From Octopus vulgaris (Eukaryota): a DNA stretch of 64,000 nucleotides. The position numbers were made by a program, and so were the translations under genes. The stretch is taken from NCBI GenBank assembly GCA_951406725.2, contig OX597831.1, positions 186,001-250,000 of the forward strand, in the 5' to 3' direction. Under the pieces are notes generated by a model. That model was not told the origin of the DNA. It saw nothing but the letters and a program-made list of their open reading frames with translations, and ran no database searches. Of the stretch, positions 12,133 to 25,200 are shown piece by piece. Position 1 is the first letter of the stretch. Each line of letters opens with the position of its first letter.

Positions 12133-12781
12133 TATACAACACTTGACTATCTTGTACACTGTTTGATCTGTCTCCCAGACTTGTACAGTTTGATCTGTCC
12201 TTCAAACTGTACAATTTTTGGTCCGTTATCTGTCTGTCAAACTCTTCTTCAGACTGTAAAGTGTTTGGTCTGTCTTTCATATTGTATGAAGTTGAGAGAA
12301 TTCACCGTTGAATAGTGCACTAATGAGTTTGATAAAATTGTACGTTTGATCTGTCCTTCTTCATTTTCAGTTCATACAATATTGAACATGTCCTCCTTCA
12401 GTCTGTATTTGTCCTTCTATCCATATTGTGTTGAATGAGTCTTCCTTCAGATATATTATGTTGCCCTTCAGACTATACAGTATTCGACAAGTCCCCTCTC
12501 TATCTGTAGTGTTGGATTCAACAAACTATAAGAGTGTTGAATTAATCTGTATTCAGACTATACAGTGTTGATTCCATCTGTCATAAATATAACATATTTA
12601 ACAGAGCTGGAGGTCTGTCTTCCTTCAAGCTTGTCCACCTTCAGTTATACAGTACCGAGTCTATTTTCCTGCAATAGATATAGTAAACCGTACGTTATTG
12701 CTTCTGGCCTTCTTCAGTAAGTATAACAAGAATGTCTTTTAAAGGTTGATTCATAAGCAACTATGCTGTCAAACTTGAGAT

Positions 12782-13456
12782 TCAACTGAGAAAATCTATT
12801 ATACGTGCGGCTATACTTTTGCCAACTACGTTGCTCAGACTCTCGAAAGAGGCTTCAATTATGGCGTTGATGGAGCCGAAATTTACCAACAATAACTTTG
12901 CATTGGTAACACCTAGACCTGGTACACATTGCAGTGTTGCCAATAGAGAACTTGAACTTTGATCTTCTTCAGAAGAATTTCGTGTTCGCTTGAAGGGATT
13001 CTTCTCTGGTTGCGTGCCTGTATAAAAGAGTTGTGTGAGAATCCCGGCGGCGTCAGCTTGCGAGGAAACAGGTAGCAAGACTAATCCTAGTTCAAACACG
13101 CAAAAATTCTGGACATTGGCGTAATACTGTGTCGTCATGGATGTCTTTTCGGCGAGAACGATTATTTTGAAGACGTCAGCTTTTCTCAGTCTCACCATCT
13201 TCTTCTTATAGGCTGTAGCCTGAGACACCAACTCTGCCTCCGAGATGTAAACCACGCACACACTATTTGCAGGACGAAAATCGATGTCGGGTTTGTCGTC
13301 GAAGAACAAAACACGAACATTGGCCTGAATTTTGGTCACCAATTCTGAGTTGCACCAACGTGAATTAACCATGATGTGATTTGGGACGATTTTATTTTCG
13401 GGGTCTACTGAAGTTTTACTTTGCTGTGTGTTCAGTTGTTGATTAGAAATATTCAT
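12782..13456 (-). CDS. FAAP24: Fanconi anemia core complex-associated protein 24 (inactive ERCC4-like domain + HhH2), 224 aa, CDS in a single exon
   Basis: HIMVNSRWCNSEL, DF...CVVYISEAELV, IIVLAEKTSMTTQYY...FCVFELGLVLLPVSSQ, KNPF and LQCVPGLGVTNAKLLL...VVGKSIAARIIDF align by recall with human FAAP24 over the full length. First ATG at 13456; acceptor CTTCCTTTCTTTGTAG at 13481-13496 implies a non-coding first exon. Confidence 0.92.
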   Translation of the reverse strand: MNISNQQLNTQQSKTSVDPENKIVPNHIMVNSRWCNSELVTKIQANVRVLFFDDKPDIDFRPANSVCVVYISEAELVSQATAYKKKMVRLRKADVFKIIVLAEKTSMTTQYYANVQNFCVFELGLVLLPVSSQADAAGILTQLFYTGTQPEKNPFKRTRNSSEEDQSSSSLLATLQCVPGLGVTNAKLLLVNFGSINAIIEASFESLSNVVGKSIAARIIDFLS

Positions 13457-13834
13457 TGTCAATCTGAAGTGTATTGTGAGCTACAAAGAAAGGAAGAGTA
13501 TATGAGAGAGAGGGAGAAAAAAGAAAGACATTCAAAATGTGAAAAGTGAAAGTCAAAACAAACCGCCATCAAAATATGAAACTTTAGAATATTTACTTTC
13601 GTACTTGAAAAAAAAATATTAGTTTTTGTAACTTATTTTATTTTGTTATTTCTATTGAAAATTTAAAAAAATAAATATCATTATAGCGATATTTTGCATA
13701 AACGTTAATATATAAAGACTAATACAACGTATGCATATGTCGACCAAATATTACTGGTTTTATTTTTATTTTTAAATTAATGATTTAATAATCTATTGAA
13801 AATATTAATGCTGTAATTACAATTTCCATTTACT

Positions 13835-14237
<403 letters not shown>

Positions 14238-14539
14238 ATTGCCGGAAAATTTTATCCCGCAAATATCAACTTTTAAATAAAGCAAAAATAAATATAATGA
14301 ATTGCAATTAAACTAAATTTACATACGCACATAATAATAATAATAATTTTTTTTTTTGTTTAAACACATGGCAACTATTTTTAATGTTGTTTTTGGTAAA
14401 GAGGGCGTTTTACAGTTGACTCCATAAATTCATACCTGGTCTCTTATCGATACCTTACGAATGAAAGGCAAAGTCACCGGCGGGATTCGAACACAAAACA
14501 GAGAAGATCACTACTAAATATTAATAATTTACTTTAATA

Positions 14540-14787
14540 CAGGCACAAAAGAGCACATGTACCTACGTATACGTGTTTAAGTGAGGTATTAGCTTTATGT
14601 TTATGTACGTGGGGTTATGTGTAGAAGAAACCAGTTGGGACGACGTTCCTTGTCTTCAGAAATGTCTTGAAGCCACCCTAACCCGATCTACAAGTCGACC
14701 AACGTCGCCACCACTAACAACTGTCCTTACAATATGCATCATTAATTAAGGTTAAAAGTAATAAACATCTTGGAAGATAGACACAAC
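14540..14787. promoter_or_regulatory. Putative bidirectional promoter / 5' UTR region of FAAP24 and HTRA2
   Basis: Divergent start codons are about 1.33 kb apart, with local CpG enrichment. A minus-strand donor-like GTAGGTAC at about 14559-14566 could end a FAAP24 5' UTR exon. Confidence 0.45.
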
Positions 14788-15173
14788 ATGGCCTCACCCA
14801 TCCGGACTTATATAACTGTCGGCAGACAATTCTTACGGGGAAATGGAATATTTCAATATTATAGGCTGTCGTCAAAGCCAAGAAACTTCATGAATTTGTC
14901 GACTAATTCCCTGCGAGGACACGGCGAGAAGCTGAGACATTTAAATTTACGATTATTAAGTACTTTAGCGGGCCTCGGGCTCTTAGGATCTGTGGGCCTA
15001 AAGTATTATTTAAGACCAGTTCTTGCCGTTTCTAACGACAAGAACGATGATGATTATAATGAAGACACTGAAAATACTTCTAATACAGTCAGCAATCGTG
15101 TTAAATACAATTTCATTGCTGATATAGTGGAAAAAGCTGTGCCTGCTGTCGTTTATATAGAAGTTGTGGCCAG
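14788..15173 (+). CDS. HTRA2: HTRA2 exon 1 (mitochondrial targeting leader, TM segment, [20 protein letters not shown])
   Basis: ATG in AACATGG context; donor CAG|GTGAGT. Confidence 0.9.
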
Positions 15174-17457
15174 GTGAGTTTCAATTAAATTTAATTAAAA
15201 GATTTAAAGTTGGAATGCCAGATTAGCTTAAGTTAGATATAATTTTTTTCGAGTTGGTAATCTATTTTGATTATATGTTGTTATAATGATTAGGTATCTT
15301 ACTTACTGTTAAACTTCCACGTGCTCACTATAAATGATGCAATACCTATGGAACCGGAGTTAGATCCTCGGACTATTAGGAATTCTGTACACTGTATATA
15401 TGATCATACTTCATTCAGTCAAGTCTGGGACCGTTTTATATAACTCACATCACAATGTTTGGTTATATGGGGATGTATTATACGTAGTGGTAATTGCTGT
15501 TTTGTCCAAGCTCAACATTCACCGAGAAGATCTATGGCTCGGTCCGATCCACAGATCCCTATCTCCGGATAAACCACACCTCCGTTTTGGTTGAGGAACA
15601 CTGTATTCTGACATGCAGTGGTTGATTGAATATGGTGCATGTGTTACAGTCGGAGCTTGTTGCACCCTTTTCACTGTTCAGTTTGTTTTTGTTTATTTAT
15701 TATTGTGGTTGTTTAACCTCGGGTTAACTCTGATCGAGTTGATCTATGGCCAAAGGCGCACTCTCCAGATGTGACTGACTTGTTTTTCTTTTTTTCTCCC
15801 AAGCTGTAATTTTTAGGATTACATCATTATCTAATGTGTTCTTTTTAGGATTACATCATTATCTAATGTGTTCTCACTTGAGTGAGATTTGGCTGCTATT
15901 TCTAGCAGACAGTGTTGCATGGTTAAGAAGTTCGTTTCGCAGCTCTGTGGTGGTTTCGGGTAGGTCCCATTGTGTGGAACTTTTAGCAAGTGTATTTCAC
16001 AATAACCTAAAGTTCAGCAAAGCCTTGTCAGTGGACTTTGGTTGATGGAAGCCCGGTGGAAGGGACGTCAATGTTCTTCGTTAGCTGAACTAATCGGTCA
16101 CCTGTATTAACACCACCACCTTTGCCTGTTTGAAAGGACTTGGGCTAGATCTCCGATCCTTCCTTCATCCCCACCAATTTGGGAACTCTAGAACTGGAAA
16201 AAAAATCTTGGGCACTGTCCTTCACTCTCCGAATGAGAGACCCCTCTCACCACCACTGATATTAGAAAGGTACTAGCGATCATGTTGAGCAGTATTTCTT
16301 AACCATTTTTTACCTAGGGACCCCTTTGATTCCTATTTTACAATACTGGACCCTCATAGACATTTGATGTTTAAAAAAAGTATTTTGTGTATTGTAGAAG
16401 TATGACTAATGTATTGTACTTAAACTTTAACAACAAAATCTTATATGTCCCCGCAAGGGTCATATGGACGCCTGTTGGGAACTACTGATGTAGAGGTCAA
16501 ATGGAGTTTGGGAATGTCTAGCCCTCGAAGCCCTATACTTCATGAGAAGAGGAAAGAGAGAGGTTTATTTCCTTCGATTCACTTCAACATTTAAGTTTAA
16601 TTTGTCAAAATATTTTCGTCGTTAAAATCCGCGACCTGTTCACTGACAAAGTCCGTGCTGCATCACGGACTTTATTTCCTTCGTTTTCTTTTAATATTCT
16701 TGTGTTTCATACAACGGAAATTATAATTCTCAAAGAAATTAAAAGAATTTTTTTAAAAAATTCAGATATTGTTTCAGTCCATTTTCTTGCTTTTTACCCC
16801 CTTTCCTTTCCCCCATAATAGCTATTCCAAAACTCCACAGAGGATCCTTCATTAGATTTTGCTGGTGGTGATCAAGGTGAACACAATTCAAATGTGAACC
16901 GTCCAACCCATGCTAGCATGGAAAGCGGACGTTAAACGATGATGAAGATGATGATGATGATGATCTTATGTAGAAAACAGCAGAGCAGCTGTCTGAATGT
17001 ATTGTATTTGAGATGATACAGTGTAGACGTAGTAGAGGGCAATGTGAAGTGCTGTTATTTCTAAGTCATTCTATGCGCATAGACATTCCAACCACAATCA
17101 TTCCATCTTCTTCTATATTTAAGATTACATTCTTTGTTATCTATTCTTGGCTATAGATAAAAAAAAATGGTTGAGAACCCGTTAGACCCTCTCTACAAGA
17201 ATTTCAAACCTTATGTCTGTAGTAGAAAAAATTATATAGCCTGAGGTATTTGGAATATAACATGCTCAAAGACACTATAGAATGTTCTCATAGGCGCAGG
17301 AGTGGCTGTGTGGTAAGTAGCTTGTTTACCAACCACATGGTTCCGGGTTCAGTCCCACTGCGTGGCACCTTGGGCAAGTGTCTTCTACTGTAGCCTCGGG
17401 CCGACCAAAGCCTTGTGAGTGGATTTGGTAGATGGAAACTGAAAGAAGCCCGTCGTA

Positions 17458-17505
<48 letters not shown>

Positions 17506-18521
17506 TGTGTGTCTGTGTTTGTCCTCCTAGCATTGCTTGACAACCGATGCTGGTGTGTTTATGTCCCTGTTACTTAGCGGTTCGGCAAAGGAGACCGATA
17601 GAATAAGTACTGGGCTTACAAAAGAATAAGTCCCGGGGTCGAGTTGCTCGATTAAAGGCAGTGCTCCAGCATGGCCGCAGTCAAATGACTGAAACAAGTA
17701 AAAGAGTAAAGAGTATAGTGGTGAATTAGCAATGATCAGAGCATTGGACTGAAGGCTTCAAATTATTTGTATTTCTTCTTACTACCTGTGCTTAGAGCTC
17801 AAATCCCAGCAAGGTCAACTTTGCTTTTCATCTTTTATGGAGTTGATAAAAAGAAAAGTCACAATCCAAGGATGTGGATTGATGGAATCTGTATGTTGAC
17901 TGGATGCTTTGTGTTCTGAGTTCAATTCCTGCCATGGCTTCCTTGGCAGGTTGACTTAATATGTCACCTGGTTTCAACACCATTGCTTGCCACCTTTGGT
18001 ACATTTAGCCAACTCTACTCTATTGCAAGCATTCGGGCCACATCTCTGGTTTGAGGCTACCTTTCTCTCTTCTTCCCTTCTACCAGCTCCAAATAATAAA
18101 ATTTATAAAAAGTTATAGGCAGCACCTTATCTTTTGACTGAAAGGTTTTTAAAAGAAAAAGTCATTTATAATCATAAACTGTAATTTATTTGATATCATA
18201 ATTGTCAGCTTACTACAATATAAACTACATTTTTTATTAGCAGTATATGACAGAATTGAGAATATGAATGCAAAAGTCTTTCAAGTATTTTGTAATATCA
18301 TCCTGTGTTCTGATTTCAAACCTCACAAAATAACAACTTTTATCACTGGAAGAGATATGATACTTAGTTGTCTCCCTTCTCTTTCTGAGTTGATAGCACA
18401 CGCAAATGAAGTTTACTCTTTCATCATTTCAGGATCGACAAAATAAGTACTTCGAGTACTGGACTCAAGAGTATCAACTCTCCCAATTTAAAATTGTTGG
18501 CCTTATGCCTAAATCAGACAC

Positions 18522-18564
<43 letters not shown>

Positions 18565-19196
18565 GAGTGAGAGAGCAGTGCATGCCATCAAAGTGACACT
18601 GGGGTAATATATATGAAGCCCAGTATACCCATCATGACTACCCGTCTGATAAGGATTCACTAGGCACATGCATCACAACCATATGTGTACGACATGGTTA
18701 TTTCATATCAAGATAAACAGCACATGATCTTGCAAGTGGGGCCCAGTTAGAATCTTCTTCTGGTCGAGTAACCCATCCCGCTCAAAAGGTCCCTGAATAA
18801 TGGTTGTTTAAGGATGTTGAACAAAACACCCATGTTTCCAGGAGCGAATTATTCAAACCCCAAAGAATTCCTGTCAACACATGGCTATGATGCTCCCCCA
18901 CTACTTCTGCTCATGATCTGAGATGCACATATCGTCAGCCACTAAGGGACATGCTCAACTGGTTACGGTCAAACAACTGACAAGCAAATCTGTGGTATTG
19001 AGCAGAATATTTGCTGTAGCCCATCTTTTATACCAAGACAAAAGAATGTACATGATAACACTTCCAATCAGTTAAGATCAGAAGCCATGAGAGCCACTGC
19101 CTGGTACTGCATCAGGGCATTATAATTATTATTATTGTTATTTCTGTCTTTGTATTATCCTCCTTATCCTTCGCCCTGGTGGCAAATAAAAGAAAC

Positions 19197-19229
<33 letters not shown>

Positions 19230-22200
19230 GGAAGGCAGCAAGCTGGCAGAATCGTTAGCACACCAGGTGAAATGTTTAGTGGGATTTTGTCTGCTACTAT
19301 GTTCTAATTTAAAATTCCACTGAGGTCAACTTTGCCTTTCATCCTTTCGGGGTCGAAAAATTAAGTACCAGTGAAACACTGGGGTCGATGTAATCAACTA
19401 GTCCCTTTCTCCAAAATCTCAGGCTTTGTGCCTTTAATAGAAAGAATTATTATTATCATTATTAGATATTAAGGTGGTGATCTGGCAGAATTGTTAGTAC
19501 ACTGGAGAAAATGCTTATCAGCATTTCATCCATCTTTATTTTGGTTTAAAATTTTGGTTAACTTCACCTTTCATCCTCTTGTAGTAATGAAATGAATATC
19601 ACTTGAGTATTGGGTTTGATGTAATTGACTTGCACACCTTCCCAAAAATTGCTGGCTTTGTGCCAAAATTTGAAGCCATTATTATGATTATTATTAGACT
19701 GGCAGAATTTGTAGCTCTGAGATTTCACATTCTGCATATACATATCCAACCGTCCTGTGTCAAGTTTGCTTTTCATTGCTTGTTTCTTGTGCCAATGTTA
19801 AAAATCCTAAGATTATTTATAAAGATCCTATGCTTTTCATCAGGTCCTATGCTTTTCATTGGTCTAAAATTGATAAAATTAGCCCAATCAAATTCATTTG
19901 AGTGAATTTAATTTCAGTCCTTTGTGCTTCTCATGCAAAATAATTATTACTGAATAAATAATTTGAGCATTGGACAAAATGCTTTCCAGTATTTAGTTAC
20001 AACCCCTTACATTCTGAGTTCAAATCCTGCTGAGATCAATTTTGCCTTTCATCCTCCTGAGGTCAATAAAACAAAGTACTTGTCGAGTACCAAGTGGCAG
20101 GCCATTATGGAGAAAAATAAGAGAAGGTATAGAAGAAGGAGAATGGGAGAAAGCAAAAAGTGTTGAAAATAAATGAAGAGGAACATCACCACCACCACCA
20201 CCACCACCTTATCTCTGAAGGACAATTTATAGTTGTGTGGCACGTAAAAAGCACCCACTACACTCACGGAGTGGTTGGCGTTAGGAAGGGCATCCAGCCG
20301 TAGAAACACTGCCAGATTTGACTGGGCCTGATGAAGCCTTCTGGTTTCACAGACCCCAGTAGAACTGTCCAACCCATGCTAGCATGGAAAACGGACGCTA
20401 AACGATGATGATGATGAGAAAATTGAATCACAAGTCATTCAGATTAATACTGAGCTTCCACAGATTTAGTAAAAATGAAAATGTGCCAAATGAGGAGGAA
20501 GATATAAAGCTGATATGCAAAAGAGAGGGAAACAATAGATTGTTAGGAAAGATCGAATGAATAATTCTCTCTGATTTTGGTACAGAGCTAGCAATTTTGA
20601 AGAGAGGTATGTAAGTTGATTATATCACCCCACCAGTGATCAATTAATACTTATCTTATTGACCCTGAAGGGATGAAAAGCAAAGGTGACTCTAGCAGTA
20701 TTTGAACTCAAAATGTAAGCCAGAAGAAATGTTGCTAAGCTTTTTGTCCAGCATGGAAATAAGATAATATTAATGACTAGCAGTATCGCCCGGCGTTGCT
20801 CGGGTTTGTAAGGGAAATAACTATATAAGCATTTTTAGAGAGTTACTTCCCTTATAGATGCCAATTCGGGCTTTCTTAGCCATTTCTGTTTTGGTGTCTT
20901 CAAGCCATGAAGTCGTTGTTCTAAAAGAACGCTGGTCTCCTTGACAACGCTTTATGACGTTGATTTCCTTACACTCCCTTCCCCACAGGTGCAGGTGTGA
21001 CCATGGACGCCAACTCCGCCGCCATCGACACACAACAAAATATGCATTAAAATGGAATAAAAATTGATGTTAAATTATTTTTAAAATCGTAGACTCATCG
21101 TAGACGCGCGCTAATAGCCAGACGGGCTCGATATGAATTACGACTATAAGATACCCGAATTTGGTTAAACTGCACCGCAAAATGTGGGAGTAGTTAGGAA
21201 TCTAAATCGAAGGGAACAGACACTCACACAACTACAGTTTTATATATATAGATATCAAACAGAAACACCCAGAAAACATTGAATGCTTTTTAACATTAAC
21301 ACAAAAAGTACATTGGAGGTACCTTTAGGTGAACTCATTCTCAGTGTAACCAGCATTGTTTTCTCTTTGCAGGAGTCCTTTTCATTCTGTTTTGTCAAAT
21401 GGATCTGGTTTCATAGTAAACGAAAATGGTATTATTCTTACAAATGCTCATGTGGTAGCTAACAGAACAAATGTTGTTGTTAAATTACATGATGGGAGGA
21501 AAATAAATGGTACAGTCTTAATAACAGACCCAGTGTCGGACCTGGCTACAATCAAGATTAATGCTGTAGGTATTTACGTATATATAAATATGTTACTGAA
21601 GATATTTAACTCTTTCACATTCTCTGTCAAGTGTAATGCTTATTTATTCACATTGCTTTGAATTAATCATGCATTATCCTGTAACTTCAAAATTTCAATG
21701 GTAAAATTGTTCATTTTTTTTATAAAAGAAGTAGAATATTTGGGTCACATATGGTTGGTTTAAACACTAAAGGGCTAAACTTGAATTTTGTCACACTAAT
21801 TTTGCCTGGGGATGATAGGGCAGTGGTACTCTAACAAATACCACACACCCTCCTAAAAAAAAAAAGTGAAAAATTTTGTCTCACACCCCTCAGTATACAT
21901 GACTTTTCGACCTTTCTTTTGGCTGTAGAAACCATGCCAAAACAGACAAGGAATCTGGGCAGCTCTTCAGCAGCCCAGCTCCTGTCAAACTGTCCAACCC
22001 ATGCCAGCATGGAAAATGGCCGTTAAATGATGATGTATAAAGGCAGGCTTCTGTAATTTCCTTTTACAAAGCCCTACTGTCCATGATTATGGTAGAAGAT
22101 ACTTTGCCAAGGAACTGCACACTGGGACAAAATCTATTCTTCAGTCAAGTTTCAATTTCTAAGATTTGAACTATTTCACTTTAACCCTTTTGATTCCAAC

Positions 22201-25200
22201 CTATCTGAGACTACCTCTGATTCAATGATACAAACTTCTTTGTTTTAAAGTGATCTTAGCTGCATTTCATCTGTCCTTACATTCTTAAGTTCAAATTTCA
22301 CCGTGGTCGACTTTGCCTTTTATCCTTTCAAGGTCAATAAAATAAAGTACCCGTTGTACCGTTGGAATCAACTTATATCCCTTTCCTCTGAAATTACTGG
22401 CTTTGTGCCAAAATTTGAAACTAATTCATGTTCCAAATTCTAGCTTAATTATAACTAAGTTTTCTAAATACTTCTTAATTTTCAAAATCATTTGAAACAA
22501 AGGCAGTGTGTTGCATCAGAAATATAAGAAAAGGGTTATGATAACAAAATAAATTTGTTTATGTGTTTTATCTTTTTTGATATCTTTCAGTCCAAACTGC
22601 CTGTCTTGAAACTGGGGAAGTCAGAGTCTCTACGGACAGGTGAATGGGTAATAGCAATGGGAAGCCCTTTTTCTCTAGCAAACACTGTCACATCAGGAAT
22701 TGTAAGCACACCATTGAGAGGCAGTGAAGAGCTGGGACTCCATCATCAGAACATGTCCTATATACAGACAGATGCTGTCATAAACGTAAGCTTCTTATTG
22801 CTGTCTTGTGATTTCCACAACAATGACAGAGAAATATTTTTATTGGTTTTCTTCATTCCAGGTTTCCAGTTGACCCAGTCATGAATTTACTGTGTTTTTA
22901 ATGATGAGGGTGACAAAGGATAATGTATGGTAGAGCGAATTTCAGAATAGCTTTTCATTTCTCTTGACAATATTCACATCCTTCAAAGAGGGGCATGTGT
23001 CTTCTACTCATGAGGCTTTAGTCAGCCTCATGAGTAGATTTGGTAGATGGAAACTGAAAGAAGCCCATCATGTGTGTGTGTGTATATATATATATATATG
23101 AGAGAGGATATGGAGATACATATATATATGTGTGTGTGTGTGTGTGTCTGTATTCATCCTCACCACCACTTGACAACCCAGTGTTGGAGTATTTACATCC
23201 CTGTAATTTAGCAGTTCTGCAAAAGAGACTGATAGAATGGGTACTAAGCTTAAAAAATAAATTCTGGGTTCGATTCATTTGACTAAAATTAACTAAAATG
23301 TGTGTGTGTGTGTGTTTATACACACACACACACGTATGAGAAAATGAGATGACAACATTTTCTTATTACCACTCTGTACTCAACTAATCCTTTGTTCTGA
23401 AGTATATGAAAATTGAGTTTTACACCAAGTGTGTATATATTTATGTGGGTGTGTATACATAGGTGCAGGCATGGCTATGTGGTTAAGACAAAGAAAGAGA
23501 GATGTAACAGATGCTTACACACACACACACATATACGCATATATGATGGACTTTTTTCAGTTTCTGTTTCTCAAGTCCTCTTGTGAGGTTTTGGTTGCAC
23601 CAGGGCTATAGCAGAGAACACTTGCCCAAGGTGCCATGCAGTGGATCAGTTTTGAAACAAACTTCTTCCTACACAGCCATGCATGTGCCTCTGTGTGTGT
23701 TTGCATGTGTGTGTGTGTGTGTATGTGTTGTGTGTGTGTGTGTAAGGTGTCCAGAAGAAACTCCATATGGTGTACTCAGTGCAAGCTATGTACACACAAG
23801 AGGTGCGGTGGTATCACTGAATGACTAACAGAGAAAGTATTTTTACATGTGACAGATGTGCAGGTACATTAAACAACAGGATTGTACAAAAAAATAGATT
23901 CCTTCATATGTCAGGGCGGATCCTTAGAAATAGTAGACAATTTCTGTTACGTAGGTGATCAAGTTAGTGGTGTTGGAGGTTGTTCTGAAAGCATAGCTGC
24001 TAGTATACGAATAGGCTACAGAAAATTTAAAGAGCTACTATCTCTGTTAGCTAATGAAGTGCCTCTCCCTCAAAGTGAAACTCAGATTGTATGATTCCTG
24101 TGTACAAACAGCTGTGCTACATAACAGTGAGACATGGGCTGTGACTACTGAGGATATGTGAAGGCTTAAAAGAAATGAAGCTAGTATGCTCTGCTGGATG
24201 GGTAATGTCAATGTACATATATGACAGTGTAAGTGATTTGAGATAAAAATTGGGTATGTGAATCATCAGATGTAGTGTGCAGGCGCATGGCTCAGTGGTT
24301 AGAGCGTCGAGCTTACGATCGTGAGGTTGTGAGCTCGAATCCCGGACCGGGCTGCGTGTTGTGTTCTTGAGCAAGGCACTTTATTTCACATTGCTCCAGT
24401 TCACTCAGCTGTAGAAATGAGTTGCGACATCACAGGTGCCAAGCTGTATCGCCCCCTTTGCCTTTCCCTTGGATAACACTAGTGGCGTGGAGAGGGGAGG
24501 CTGGTATGCATGGGCGACTGCTGGTCTTCCATAAACAACCTTGCCCGGACTTGTGTCTAGGAGGGTAACTTTCTAGGTGCAATCCCATGGTCATTCATGA
24601 CCGAAGGGGGTCTTTACCCCTTTAGTGTGCAGGAGAGAAGACTGTGCTGGTATGGTCATGTGATGCATATGGATGAAGACAATGGGATAAAAAAGTGCCA
24701 ATCCCTAATTGTGGAGAGAATGTGTTGAAGGGTTTGACCCAGGAAGATATGGGACAGTGGTGAGAAAGGATCATCAGACATTGGGCCTCACAGAGGGGAT
24801 GATAGGGGACCAAGACACATTGCTATTTGCTGTGTTTGAGAAGATGCATCAAGTTAAATAAAATCAAGGTTGTCCTTGCATACAGGTATGTCTCCTGCAT
24901 CCTTCTCCAATTGAGCATTCCTAATCTTGCAGGCTCCTGGGTGCTGGTGCCATGTAAAAAGCACCTGTGCTGGTGCTGTGTAAAATCACCCAGTACATTC
25001 TGTAAAGTGGTTAGTGTTAGAAAAGGCATCCGGCTGTAGAAACCATGCCAAAACAGACAAGGAATCTGGGCAGCTCTTCAGCTGCCCAGCTCCTGTCAAA
25101 CTGTCCAACCCACGCCAGCATGGAAAGTGGCCGTTAAATGATGATGTATAAAGGCAGGCTTCTGTAATTTCCTTTTACCAAGCCCTACTGTCCATGATTA

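Noticed and set aside
14770-14787. TTG-initiated N-terminal extensions in the ORF track (HTRA2 14770, FAAP24 13462)
   Set aside because: Eukaryotic genes; in-frame ATGs at 14788 and 13456 are the plausible starts.
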